Assembly (NCBI GenBank): GCA_951406725.2
Contig: OX597821.1
Location: 86,118,001-86,182,000, forward strand
Length of the DNA stretch: 64,000 bases
Source of the DNA: Octopus vulgaris
Taxonomy: Eukaryota
Reading direction: 5' to 3'
Shown here piece after piece: positions 43,057-57,571 of the stretch (the first letter of the stretch is position 1; every line of letters starts with the position of its first letter). The notes beneath the pieces are model-generated. The model saw nothing but the letters and a program-made list of their open reading frames with translations. It ran no database searches and was not told the origin of the DNA. The translations under genes were made by a program, and so were the position numbers.

Positions 43057-44030
43057 TTAGGGGCATGTGTTTAGAAGTGGTCTGTATTTATTAATAAGGT
43101 GGGATTCCATGGTTATTCGCTGGGTATGAGTGGCATTGTCTTTAAATTTGTAGAGGGGAAAGATTCTAAAATTGGGATGGAGTTGTGCGGCACAGGTATC
43201 AATATGTGCACTAAATGCTATTTTTCTATATTCCTGTATTTTTATTTGGGATCTGTGGACAGTCATGCGTTGGCGGAGGCTATTTTTTGTTTGGCCTATG
43301 TAGTGTTCATTACAGCCCGAGCAAGTTAAGACATATACTAGGTTTTCTGATGCGCATGTGAAGTTGTGTTTTACTGTGAAACGTTGTCCTTGTTTAAAAA
43401 GGAATTCCGGACCTTCTATTAGGTTGATGCATATACCACAGTTGGGTCTATTGCATTTGTTTACTGTGGGTTTAGTTGTTGTGGTTGGCAGTACTTTGGC
43501 ATTTGTTAGGATGGTTTTCAATGATTTGGGTTGCCTTTTGCTCTTTATGATTTCGTGTGTTAGGAGGATTTGGTTCATTCTATGGTCCTTTTGTAATACA
43601 GGAATGTTCTGGAGGATGGTGTCAAAAGCTTCATTGTTGAGGGGTTTGTGTGTAGAGATGTATGGTAGAGTATGGGGTTTCGATGTAACAGGTTTAGGGC
43701 GTCTAAGTTCCTGCGTGCTGAGTTTTAGGGCGCGTTGGATCTCATTGTCAATTAGTGACGTGGGGTAATCCCTGCTTGTTAATGTGCCCTTGAGTTCTTG
43801 TAGACGTAAGAGACGGGTGTTTTTATTGGAGACTATAGTGCAAATTCTCTTGGCTAAGTTGTAGGGAATGTTAATTTTAACGTGTCTAGGGTGGCATGAA
43901 TTGAAAGGGAGGTATTGCTTGGAGTCTGTGGGCTTGTAGTATATGTCTGTTTCTATTTTTTTGTTGTGAATTTTAATGAGGATGTCGAGGAAGGGAATTT
44001 GTTGAGGGCTGTATTCCATTGTGAAAATAA
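43057..44030 (-). CDS. Penelope-like element RT thumb, linker and GIY-YIG endonuclease (5'-truncated, frame intact)
   Basis: IFTME...IPFLDILI...TDIYYKPTDSKQYL...SCHP; CNRPNCGIC; NLVYVLTCSGCNEHYIGQT...LRQRMTVH; ends ESHLINKYRPLLN. The listed start codon lies in flanking duplicated DNA. Confidence 0.92.
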
Positions 44031-44864
44031 TGGGCGCTGGCAATTTGGTATGGCTGATTGGACACTAAATTTGTCTTGGCAGTGGCTTTTTGAACGAATG
44101 TATTTTTTGGCACTGGAGGCGAACGTACACACACATACAAACAGACACACGCGCGTGTGTACACAGACATGCACGCACACTCACACGCAGAGACACGCGA
44201 ACACACACACACATGTGAACGTTCCCGGGGAAACATGCACATAAATAGATTAGAAAGAACTTCCTTGTGCTTCTTTGTTATCAATAGTATTTCTGATATT
44301 TACGAGTTTCTGTACATGACCTCTCATATCACTTGTCAGTCACGTTGCAGATCTGCTTGACTTGAGGCATAGGTGACAGCTGAAAGAAATTAATGTGCAC
44401 TTCTATTGCCATAAAACTTTCTGTAAATTAAATGACAAACAAGGTCACCATAAAGAGACATTTCTATGTTATTGAATTACAGGGATAAATGTTGAACAAC
44501 ACGAGTACCACGTTCTGAATCTTCGTAATTAACGTTTAGTGCCAGGCCAAAGTGGGATGGCCAGTAATCAAATGAACCTGCAGGTTTTACACCAGTGTGT
44601 CCCTCTCCTAGAAGGATTCTGTAACAACAGCTAGGGTTCTTTCATCTCAGTCGTTTATGCTAATTGGCTCAGAGCTGAGACTCAGGCAGGTGCTACTAAT
44701 CCGGGTCAGGGTTGACCCGGGAACGATAGTGGCTAAGAGGTGGTTCTACACTTCTCAAATCCCTGGCACTCTCCAAACCATGGTCATACAAATGGAAGCA
44801 ATTTAAAGTCACATCCAGGAAACGTAAAGAGAAATATACGTATATAAACAGAGAGGTAGAGAGA

Positions 44865-44918
<54 letters not shown>

Positions 44919-44924
44919 CGAAGC

Positions 44925-44988
<64 letters not shown>

Positions 44989-45506
44989 AGAGAGGGAAGG
45001 TTGTGTTTGCAGCAATCGGAGTAACATAATACTCCTAAGTGTTTCTTTCGCCGAAATTTAAATTCCCTGTCACATCTATGTTGTCAAGAATCTAAAGAAA
45101 TCCGCCGAGGGAAAAAATGTTTCATTTACCCGTCCACCAACTACAATGCACATAAAGTAAAGCGGAACGTTAAACGAAGTTTAGTTGTCGATTAGTTTGG
45201 TGTGATTACAAGTTGATTGTCGACTAAAGTAAAAGCAAAATTTTCATGGTGTCAAAGTGGTCCCAAGAAAAAAAAAAAGCCTAATGTCAAATAAGTCAGC
45301 GTCGAATCAGCGATGCCAAAGAGGCGGACCAAAACGGCTGTGCCAAAGCTGTTATATCCTTCTATTCCGTAATTTTGTATATCAGTTTACATATTCTTGG
45401 AATTGGAATTAAAGATTTGGTTGTTATCCCTAGCAACTGATAGTCAGATGGAGTCATCGAGGTCGCCATTTTAGCTCGTAGCTAGCAGCTGCAGCAACAA
45501 TAGTAA

Positions 45507-45578
<72 letters not shown>

Positions 45579-45611
45579 GTCTTGTTATCAATTCTATAAG
45601 AATACCTTGTA

Positions 45612-45948
45612 CGAGGGTCGGCCGAAAAGTTCATAGGCTGTTCAAGATATTCTCATGTAATGTGACCAAATGAAGATTACTTTCTAGCATAGTCCCCCTT
45701 GCAGTCCACACACGTCTTCTATCGGTGATGTCCGCTCTTGGGTCCCATTGCAGAAGAAGCTTTAATCAGGTTGGTCAAAAAAGTCATCGAGTTGCTGTGT
45801 GGTAAGTAGCTTGTCTACCAACCACATGGTTCCGGATTCAGTCCCACTGCGTGGCACCTTGGGTAAGTGTCTTCTACTATAGCCTCGGGCCGACCAAAGC
45901 CTTGTGAGTGGATTTGGTAGACGGAAACTGAAAGAAGCCCGCCCTATA

Positions 45949-46018
<70 letters not shown>

Positions 46019-48191
46019 TATATGTATATATGCGTGTGTGTGTTTGTGTGTCTGTGTTTGTCCCCTAGCATTGCTTGACAACCGATGCTGGTGTGTTTAT
46101 GCCCCCGTCACTTAGCGGTTCGGCAAAAGAGACCGACAGAATAAGTACTGGGCTTACAAAAGAATAAGTCCCGGGGTCGAGTTGTTCGATTAAAGGCGGT
46201 GCTCCAGCATGGCCGCAGTCAAATGACTGAAACAAGTAAAAGAGTAACAGCAGATATGACGCCATCACATCTGCAATACTGGTTCCCAGCCGAGTGTTCT
46301 TTAATGTTGGGGAACAGCTGATAGTCAGATGGAGCCAAATCAGGAGAATAAGAAAGCCGAGCAACCACTTCAAAGCCAAAGTTGTGCAAGGCTGCCATTG
46401 AAACCAAGAACTCGTGTGCTGGAGCAATTGTCCAGATGAAACAAGCCAACCTTCGTCAGTTTTCATGAGCGTCCGGTCTCGATAAAATTTTGTAACTGCT
46501 TCAGCAAGTTGGCATAGTGCTCTACACAAAGTCCTTCCCTGAGGACACATTTCTCTTTTTGCCGAAAAGTCCCTACCTAGCACCATCGAGGTGCTTGAGT
46601 GTGGAATTGAGCCTGGTCGGGTGACGGCGGGTTGAAAAATTTAAGAGGCTTAGTGCCTCGTATTGTGTATCGACATTAAAGTAAGAGGTTTAATGCCTCG
46701 GTCTTTTGTTTTGTTTTGTATTTGAGTTTATTGGTTGTAAGAGGCTCAGAGCCTCAATTGAGAATGAACTATGGAACTAAAGTAAGATGTTTAATATCTC
46801 GTATTGTTTTTACTATATATAAAAAAAAGAATAATGTTTTAGAGAAGCAAAATATCGGCGGGCGTTTTTTGTCTTCTCCCATCAATATCATCCTTTTTCA
46901 TCATTCATTTCATCAATGTTTTTGTCCAGCCCGCAAGCTACTCTGTGTTATGCGTATATAGTACTCTTCACTGATGCTGTGACCCCTTTCAAGATAGTTA
47001 ATAAACACAATACCTTTTGCATCCACCAAAACCGAAGCCATCACCTTCCTTCCTTGCAGATGGAACGACCTTAGTCTTCTTTGGAGCAGAAGAAGAGGGA
47101 TATTTCCGCTGCATGGATTGGTCTCTTTGTCTCTGGATCAAAGTGATAAACCCAACACACATCCTGGCTTAGGAAACATTCATGGAAAGCAGGTGGATAT
47201 GTCTGAAACAATGTCATATTTTTCTGTGGTATGATCAGTCTGGTGCGCTTTTGAGATCTGGTGTCAGAAAACATGGCGCCCACTGAGTAAGAAACCTGCC
47301 AAATCCATTATGTAGAACTAGCAGTATCGCCCGGCGTTGCTCGGGTTTGTAAGGGAAATAACTATATAAGCATTTTTAGAGATGTAAAGTATAATAGCCA
47401 TCTCAATATGGCTAACCACAAAGGGGGGGGTGTTACTGTAGCTTTTTACGTTCTGAGATTTAATAATACATTTTTAGAGAGTTACTTCCCTTATATATGC
47501 CAAAAATGCATTAAAAATGGGAAAAATTGATGGTAAATTTTTTTTAAATCGTAGGCTCATCGTAGACGCGCGCTAATACCTAGAAGGTCTCGATATGAAT
47601 CACGACTGTAAGATACCCGGTTTTGGTTAAACTGCACCGCAAAATGTGGGAGTAGTTAGGAATCTAAATCGTAGGAAACAGACAGCACACAACCTCACTT
47701 TTATATATAAAGATATTCTCAACTTTCTCATGGGATATGCTAATAGCATTGTCTTTTTGATTCATAGTCAGTCGCTTGTTATCCATCAATATGTGGTGAA
47801 CACGATCAAGGTTTTCTTTGGTGGCAGTTGCAGTATGTCCAGACTTCAAGTCATCTTCAAGACTCTCCCTTCTCCTAAGTTCAGCTTCCCACTTTTGCAG
47901 TGTTGATAAAGCTGGAGCGTCATCTCTTAATGTAGCAATCATATCAACATGAATGCCGTTGGCGGCTAAAACATTTTTCTGCAGGTACTTAATAACACTA
48001 CACGACCAAATCATGTCTGTTTTCAGTTACTGTTTTCAAGTTACTTTTGGAGTCTTCTTTCAACAGTCAGATGTCAGTTAATTTGGAAAAACACAACGCG
48101 ACTATTCTATAAGAAGCGTTGACATTGATGCATGCAAGGTTCACAGCTTTGGCATCACTCCATAGTCAGCCCGCGTCTCAGCCCACCCTCA
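45612..48191 (-). mobile_element. Duplicate of the mariner relic
   Basis: Same sequence in duplication copy 2; retains YSPDLAPSDY. Confidence 0.85.
47318..47713 (-). mobile_element. Duplicate of the non-autonomous Helitron
   Basis: As 35985-36380. Confidence 0.85.
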
Positions 48192-48480
48192 TATAATACC
48201 TTATATAATAGGTTTTGTATAACCAGTTTTGTTTAGTTGTGTTCCCACCATATATCAGGACTGAAAAAAGATCTCGTCCTCATTTTTAGATATGACAGCA
48301 AATTGTAGAGGATTATTTACTTGATACAGGCCTTGTTTAGCAACTAGGTTCTAGTCATGAACAACCTAAACGTGTCTCCACACCTTTTTTTCTTTTGATT
48401 TAAGAGAGATTTGACAAGTTTTAAGTCGAGAGACCACATAGATAACATCTTTTTGATCTCATTGTGTAACTGTGATTTGT

Positions 48481-48511
<31 letters not shown>

Positions 48512-50287
48512 TCTCTCTCTCATACACGCACACACACACATAGACATACACAGACACACACACATAAGCATACATACAAACATATTTATACACATACACA
48601 TACGCAGCCAAACTTGGCCTGCAGCTTAAGCAACAGCCGTCGTTTGCGCCCAGGTCAGCTTTGCCAAAACTGGCGTGTAATAATACGTCTGATTATAATC
48701 GAAGTCATTCCAGGTATGATCACCCTGTCGATTTTTTCTTCAGTTAATATCTGTCTGGGACAATATTATAAAATTTTCTTTTTGAAGATATCAGAGTGTG
48801 ATTTGAGGAATATTTGCCTGCTCTTTCTTACAGGGTTGTCGAATCATATAGAACAGCTATACAACAGCAGTATATTGTTAATACAAAGGCAGTGAATTCG
48901 TTAAATTTAAAGAACGACGGATAGACTGTTTTGCGGTGTTCATTCCGATTCTTTATCCTGAGCCTAAATTCTGCTCAGATCAACTTTATCTTTCTTCTTT
49001 TCAAGGGTAGCTAAATAAAGAACCAGCCTAGAAGCGATGGAGCGAAGACGCGTGGCCTAGAGGTTAAAATTCTGCGCTCACGATCAAAAGATCCGGTTTC
49101 GATTCCTGGTGCGGTTGGTGCGTTGTGTTCTTACGCAAAACACTTCATTTCACGTTGCTCTAGTTCACTCAGCGATCTGGCATCTCCTTCTAGAGGATGG
49201 GGAGTGTAGTGATCTCAGTCTCTTATACGCCATAGAAACCGGATTAAGCTCCGTTCTAATGCGTCTTAGGGGTCATGGCGGACACAAAAGTGGTGGATTA
49301 GCAGAACCGTTCCAACATTGGATAGGGTTCCTTGTGAATGGTCTAGATTTAAAGGCTTTTGGATTTAGTTTAATTGATTCACAAAATCAGCCTCCTTTAA
49401 TTTTGCTCAGATTGCTTTCAATTTTGGTGTATCGATGCAACTCTGAATTTTGATTACGATCTACAAATTACTTTATCTTGTAAATTAAAGAATCTGATGT
49501 TATTTCAAATTAAATTTGGGAAATTTGGGTAATTTTAGCCAATCAGCAGACAGCGAGGCATTAACGGCTTGTTACATGACAACCGCACGTTGTGTTTCAC
49601 TTCACCCGCGTCTGTGCTGCACGTGTGTGTGTGTGTGTGCATGTATACACGTGTGTGTATGTGTGCATGTATGTATGGGTATTGTGTGTAAGGAGGTATA
49701 TGGTATATGTGCGTTCATGTGTGTGTATACGTGCGTGTGTGTGCGTGTGTGTACATGCGTGTGTATATATATCTATGTGTGTTGTGTGTGTGTGGGTATA
49801 TATGTGCGTTAATGTGTGTGTATGTGTGCTTTCTTGTATGTGTGTTTATGTGTGTGCATGTATGTATGTTGTGTGTGTGGGTGTATATGTGTGTTCATGT
49901 GTGTGTATGTGTGTATGTGTGTGTGCATATGTGTGTACATGTATGTATGGTGTGTGTGTGTGTGTGTGTGTGTGTATTTTGTGTGTGGGATCTCGTTAAA
50001 TCGATTCACATGCACATATAAACATATATGAATACATACATCCACATGCACTTATATATTAACGATGTACATTACAGGTATACATAATACTGAAATAGGC
50101 ATGAAGTAAATAAGGTAACTGGTCATTTCACAGACGCTAAACTATAAATTTCACAGAGTACAACCTTAAAGTTGACACCGCTCTCTCACTATTAGCTAAA
50201 ATTCCACAGTTTTTACGATTTTTAAACCTCTGTAAATTTACATTATTTACAATTAATGAATATTTGTCCTCATCTTGTTTGTTATTA

Positions 50288-50331
50288 ACACAACGTTTCG
50301 GCTGATATACCCTCTAGCCTTCATCAGGTGT
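50288..50331 (-). ncRNA. Minimal type I hammerhead ribozyme (duplicate)
   Basis: Identical to 38967-39010. Confidence 0.75.
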
Positions 50332-50379
50332 CTTAGGGAAATTTTGAACCTGGGTTCTCATTCCTAAGGTATTTTTCGA

Positions 50380-50450
<71 letters not shown>

Positions 50451-51547
50451 TCACTGCCCGGAATCGAACTCGGAATCTTGGGGTTAGTAGCCCGCGCTCT
50501 TAATTACAAGATGAGGACAAATTTCCGTCAATTGTAAATAATGTAAATAATGTACATAATTCCTCATCTCTTAAATATAGAACTCCGTAATTTTTTTCGC
50601 AATTTCTTTTCTCTCCACAAGATCTGGGATTTACAGCATTAAGAGCGGAAAACTACATCAATATAACCGATTTTCAGATTTTTTTACTTCCTTTAAAAAC
50701 ATGCATATTCTGTGAATCATTTTTAACTAGGTCTAAGCTTTTCATCATAACTTACTAATATCAAAAACCTATTTGGGAATAAACAAGAACTAAAGAAGTC
50801 TAAGGCGGCGAGCTGGCAGAAACGTTAGCATGCCGGGCGGAACGCTTTGTGGTATTTCGTCCGCCGCTGCGTGCTGAGTTCAAATTCCGCCGAGGTCGAC
50901 TTTGCCTTTCATCCTTTCGGGGTCGATAAATTAAGTACCAGTTACACACTGGGGTCGATGTAATCGACTTAATCGTTTGTCTGTCCTTGTTTGTCCCCTC
51001 TGTGTTTAGCCCCTTGTGGGTAATAAAGAAATAAGAACTAAAGAAGTCTCTATAGTAACCTGCTAGAAATAGCAACCAACGCTCACGTAAATCATACGCT
51101 ACCATTTCATTGCCGGAAAATACATTAGGGATTGTACATATATTCGTACAGTGGAATTTAAACCTTGAACTAGGCGACAAATAAACAATATTTAGAAATC
51201 CTTTTATTTCATTCGTATATTGTAATCGTATCATTTGACATGAAACCTGATATGCGCATTACTCACAGGATATGTATAAAGCAAAATATTTATATTGTTA
51301 TATTTTGTGATGGTCACTTTCGTTTCGTTGCCAGATAAAACACATGCACGATACAATCATCCTTCAAAAGCTTTATTACTATTATTCTTATTTTGGCGTC
51401 TTTGATCTGAAATCTTTAGTCACACCTCCCGTGAACATTCTAATGGACTAAACTGAACAGGAGAGACACGTGGGATGAAGAATTACTGAAGAGATCACAG
51501 GGCGTGTGACGAAATATTTCAGTCAAAGGTGGTTGGGGACAGTGACA

Positions 51548-51614
<67 letters not shown>

Positions 51615-51690
51615 TCAAAATTTAAATAAATTATCTTAAAAAGAAAGCAACAATGGTAAAGTGGCCAGCAAACATAATCCAGATATGCAA

Positions 51691-51718
51691 TCTTTATATA
51701 TATAAAACTGAGAATGTG

Positions 51719-51749
<31 letters not shown>

Positions 51750-52857
51750 GTGTTTCCCTAAAACTTGAGAACTACACAACCAATTTCATTCAAATATTAC
51801 ACATGCCTTACTTAGGGTCCGGGGAGTGTCATCGGCAAAATCTTTTAAAAACTTTTTGCTTAGGGCGAGCCCACAGCAATATCATATCTTCTCCACTACG
51901 ATTTCCTAAAACTTGAGAACTACACAACCAATTTCATTCAAATTTTACACATGCCTTACTTAGGGTCCATGTAGTTTCATGGGCAAAAAATGTTCAACTT
52001 CTTGCCTAGAGTGAGCCCATAGCAATATCATATCTTCTCCACTATTTCAGTATTACGTGTTAAAAGTGAAACAAAAACATTTCTCTATTTTATGTCAGAT
52101 ACTTTCACTTAGTATATGTAGTAAGTAATAATTAAAATCAAACTAAAGTATAATATAATCGTAACATAACAAAAGTAAAAATAGCAATTGGTATAAAATT
52201 ACATTAATGACTTGAACTTGAATAAGTGGTTTCACATGAATGGGAATAAATTAAAAATAAAATTAGCGTGCAGAAATGGAATAGTCCAGATGGATAATAA
52301 AAAATTAAATTAAAGAAAAGACTATTGTCTATAAAGTATATAATGTAGAGAAAAAAGAAGATTTGAACATATGGAGGAAAGCACCTTCGAAAAGTGTCTT
52401 GCTGCGACTATGAAAGATATCTAATCAGAGGCGGTAAATTCGCCACAATAGAAGCAAGGTTCGAGTCAACGGAGCGTGCAAGGGAGTACTCGACTCGAAC
52501 TTGCAAAGTGGAAATATTTTATTTTTACCTTTATATCTGGGACGTAGGACGTCCCGGAAAAAAATTAAAATGCCCCCCCACCACCCGAAGTAGAGGTAGG
52601 CTGGATTGTAGCCACACTTCTATACAAGAGGGAGGACAAGATACAATTGATCGAAATTACAAGAGACGGGCTAACAATTCCAGTCTTTTATATATTTTGA
52701 GTATTGTTATCACTAGCGATATCAAGATATAACTTTGTATTTTGCATTTTATGTGTAGATGTATATATATAGATGTACATGTAATATGTACACATATATA
52801 TACACATATATACATGCACTAGCACTATGACCCGGCAATGACGGGTCTTTAATGCTA

Positions 52858-52858
<1 letters not shown>
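51691..52858 (+). mobile_element. Duplicate of the 40388-41555 Helitron
   Basis: Same termini in duplication copy 2. Confidence 0.8.
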
Positions 52859-52913
<55 letters not shown>

Positions 52914-53190
52914 AGTAGACGAAACAGGGACAACTGAAGAAGGGAAATATTCCTTGTGTCGTATGTCTTGTACTCTGTTTTTTTCGTTGTTTGAAAAAAA
53001 GTTCGTTTCCATGTTTTTGTTTTTGTTTTCGTCTCTCATTGTGTTCAACGTTTTTTTTATGTCCTGTACCCATATATGCATGTATATATACATATAGATG
53101 TAGGTATGTACATATATGTAGATATGCATATATTTATATATTATTTATATTATTACATGATCCAACGCCACGCATCCTTTTCCAAGTAAG

Positions 53191-53333
<143 letters not shown>

Positions 53334-53498
53334 TAAAAGTCGGGCTAAAATATGCATCTGTTTGCTTGAAAGAAGAATAAAATTCTCTCAAACCACGTAT
53401 CTCTCATTCTGTGTAAAGCCACACGGAGATGTAGTAAATACATTTAGAAAAACGTTTTTCCATTTTGTAAATCTACTCCCGTTTGTAGATTTACATTG

Positions 53499-53694
<196 letters not shown>

Positions 53695-54227
53695 GGTGCC
53701 CCAGCATAGCCACAGCTCATTAGCTGAAACTGGAAAATCAAAATCAAAAATCAAAATATATACATATATATGTGTATGTAAGTATATGCGTTATATATAT
53801 GCGTATGTGTGTGTGAGTGTGTTTTTGTGTCATTGTTCCCGACCACCGCTTGTCTAAGGTACAGGTGTGTTTACGTCCCCATAAATTTGCGGTTCGGCAA
53901 ATTATCCTCGACAGACTAAGTGCTAGGCTTAAAAACACTAAGTACTGGGGTCGTCTCGTTCGGCTAAAATTCTATAAGGCACTGCCCCAGCATGACCTCA
54001 ATCTAATGACTAAAACTGGTATAAGATTAAAGATTAATCTGTAGCTAGTGAGAAATGTCTTTTCAAAATGTTCACGCTACAAAAATATGACTAGTCATGT
54101 ACCCATTGTTAATTCTCGACTATAATATAAATATTCTTTGTTCTGCAAGATTCTTGGTATGAAATCATGTGTTGAAACTGATACTGTTATATTTCGGGAT
54201 GGTAATAGAAATATTTTTTTCTTTTTT

Positions 54228-54265
<38 letters not shown>

Positions 54266-54301
54266 AATGAAGTAATTGAAAAACAGGACGCTAAGGATTT
54301 T

Positions 54302-54393
54302 GCGGTACATATGTTTCGGGCTTTATTGAACAACTTATTCTTATATATAGCGTAATTGATATAACAGATAGATCAAAAGCCTTCTTCAGCCGC
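54302..54393 (-). ncRNA. Type I hammerhead ribozyme, canonical core
   Basis: gcgg-CUGAAGA-a-ggcuuu...aaagcc-c-GAAA-CAUAUGUA-ccgc: stem I gcgg/ccgc, stem II 6 bp, palindromic stem III ACAUAUGU, GUA site. Confidence 0.8.
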
Positions 54394-54944
54394 GTACAAT
54401 TGCCACACCAAAGACTTGTATCACATTATAACAGGCTTGAGAAAAAGTTTGAGAAAAAACCGAGTTTCATTGGGAAAGTAAATCCTCATAAGCGTACATG
54501 GTATTGCTAGACTCCAAAACAAATTGTCCATACCGTTTTTACACTCACACACACATACCTACATACACTCTCATACATACATACATACACACACAGAAAC
54601 GTGCGCGTGCACACATACACACATACACGCACATATATATGTATCTATATACACACAGCTTCTTTCAGTTTTCGTCAACCAAATCCTCTCACAAGGCTTT
54701 GGTGTGCCCTAGACTTGCCCAAGGTGCTCTATTATAAGTCGCACACAGTGGGACTGAACCCGGAACCATTTGGTTGGGAAGCAATCTTCTTAACAAACAG
54801 ATTGACCACACATATTTTCTCGAAAATTTGTACTCATTATATGGCTTGGCATAAGTTAAAATTTTATAGAGAATGGCAATATATGCGGTAGAAAAATCAC
54901 AATGAGGCAATACATCTTAGGCAATTATTTAACGTTTTGTAGAA

Positions 54945-55331
54945 TGGATGGAAGCACTTCGTCGGTTACGACGATGAGGATTCCGGTTGATCCGAATCAA
55001 CGGAACAGCCTGCTCGTGAAATTAACGTGTAAGTGGCTGAGCACTCCACAGACACGTGCACCCTTAACGTAGTTCTCGGGGATATTCAGCGTGACACAAA
55101 GAGTGACAAGGCTGGCCCCTTGAAATACAGGTACAACAGAAACAGGAAGTAAGAGTGAGAGAAAGTTGTGGTGAAAGGGTGCAGCAGGGATCACCACCAT
55201 CCCCTGCCGGAGCCTCGTGGAGCTTTTAGGTGTTTTCGCTCAATAAACACTCAGAACGCCCGGTCTGGGAATCGAAACCGCGATCCTATGACCGCGAGTC
55301 CGCTGCCCTAACCACTGGGCCATTGCGCCTC
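54945..55331 (-). mobile_element. tRNA-derived SINE, family A (full length)
   Basis: Near-identical to 4154-4550. TSD cgttttgtagaa (54933-54944, 55332-55343). Confidence 0.9.
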
Positions 55332-55832
55332 CGTTTTGTAGAAAATAACTACGAGGTTGTATTAATTTTTACAAGTTCATCGTTTGTGGTAAACTATTAA
55401 TTTTGTTTCCCAGGTTGTGGGATTCACAGATTAATGGCTAAGAAAGATTTTCTTTCTGTCATGCATATAGCATGGAAAAAGATTAGCATGATTAGGTTGA
55501 CATATCCTATATAATATTTTTGAGAATAGAAGCTTTAATGTTAATCCAATAATTATTTGGTTTATGGAAATAACTAATTAGAAGCCAACATAGGGAACCA
55601 GTAAACGAACCTTGAAGTAATAGAAATAACCTTCAAATCACCCTCAAATCCCACCATATTGTCTTAAGAAAGGTAGAAGATATTGGATAAATGTTTTTTT
55701 GCTTGTATAAAAAGATTAAATGGCTACGTTTGGTAGAACTTTGAAGTTAGGTCCACTTTATAATGGGTCACCCGAGTCTAAAGGGCAGTAATTCCTAATA
55801 AGCTACCTAGTTATCTCACTAACTAACTGAAT

Positions 55833-55863
<31 letters not shown>

Positions 55864-56406
55864 CTTCTATACGATTGCTTGACTCATAAAAAGTAACAGC
55901 TAATTTCTCTCAGACCATAGTACACCGTCTTTAAAGATGGTATGACACATTAGACAATGCAGTCTTAGATATATAAAAGAAAGAAACAAACAAAAACAAA
56001 AAACAAAAGCGAAATACTTATACCTGGAACATTTATGATCATAGGTTTGCTCAGTCAAGGTGGACCAGGGTCTAGACATCAGTTAACTACTTACTAATTT
56101 GCATGAACTACACTTAGTCATTTTGTTTCATAAGGATAGCGTCCCTTGAGTTATAACCCACCATTGATTTAATATTAAGTTTTCATACTAATTCTACTAC
56201 TTACTTACAAGGATAAGGCCCATAGAGAAACATACACGGAGTTGTTTTGTTGCTGCCTAAATACTAAAAATATTAGTCATTAAGCTAATGACGTATTTTC
56301 CTTACCGCACAATCATTTCTATTTAGATTTTTGCTGTTCACTGCAATGGATATGTTGGCGTTAATTCATTAACTAATTAAACCAATAATTCTTTCTTCGT
56401 TTATAG

Positions 56407-56553
56407 GATTACCATGGCATTAGAAATGGGAAGCCGAAGAAAGACAAAATAAGAAATTGGAAGTTGAAAGCATTTGATGAAGACGAAGGTTTTACAACAC
56501 TTGTATTTTCAAGGAAATTCGAAACAAATGATATACATGACATGAATATCACG
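56407..56553 (+). CDS. MOXD1: Internal exon of a DOMON-domain protein, DBH-like monooxygenase (MOXD1-like)
   Basis: Acceptor ttctttcttcgtttatag|, donor |gtatgt, 147 nt, phase 0/0, open frame. Translates DYHGIRNGKPKKDKIRNWKLKAFDEDEGFTTLVFSRKFETNDIHDMNIT, matching the second half of the DBH/MOXD1-type DOMON domain (D..P.KD....W.L....E....T.L.F.RK..T.D..D..I). The symbol is a family-level assignment. Confidence 0.78.
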
Positions 56554-57254
56554 GTATGTTTACATTTCGCTTTTACACCTTAATTCAAATCTATTTCATA
56601 AGCGAAATATCTTTAAAACTAAATTTGTTCGGCAGAATGGATCATCGTGTGGCCATTATTTTCACATTCCTCGGTCGGCTTCAAAGTGTAATATCTTAGT
56701 TAATTTTTTGTTTCATAAAATATTGTATTTAAGGAAAGAGTATTTAAAAATACTGAACGACTTTAGTTTCTTCTTGGAATGGAAGATGATTGTTAGTTAG
56801 TAGGTGCCGTCCTCCAAAGAATTTGCTGAAAGATAGGTAAGTGAAGCAAGAATGATCCGTGTGAGTGGATCAAATTTCAGCATGCACCTTTAGGCTAGAG
56901 GGCCTAGTAAGGAAAAGTTACTTGCTCTTGGTACTTAAAAATAGACTTGGACTTGTAAGATTTTTACTGACCCTAGATAACTGTCCACCAGTTAGGACAC
57001 ATCGTCTTGTAGAAGATCACTTTCTGTAGTCTATCTCACACTGTCTTTGTCTTGAATTAAAACTAACGCTTCGGCAATGTTACCATATTTGGTTATCCTT
57101 GGTAAAGCTAACGATTGATCACCGACGCAGTTGAGCAATACGCCTGCAAACTCATATTGCAGTTAAGTAGATATGAGTGACGTTGGCAGATATCAAAGGA
57201 CCTGTTTTAGTTTTTAAGTGTGAAAATTCAGAGAGAACCTTTTAGAATTCTGTG

Positions 57255-57571
<317 letters not shown>

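Larger units (their letters stand above)
42234..44030 (-). mobile_element. Penelope-like element with pseudo-LTR ending in (TA)n
   Basis: The ORF above plus an ~820-nt 3' region holding a hammerhead-like motif at 42302-42339. The 3' end abuts (TA)n. Confidence 0.88.

Noticed and set aside
56327-56380. IFAVHCNGYVGV after an AG, just upstream of the DOMON exon
   Set aside because: Runs into a stop, has no convincing donor and leaves no room for an intron.
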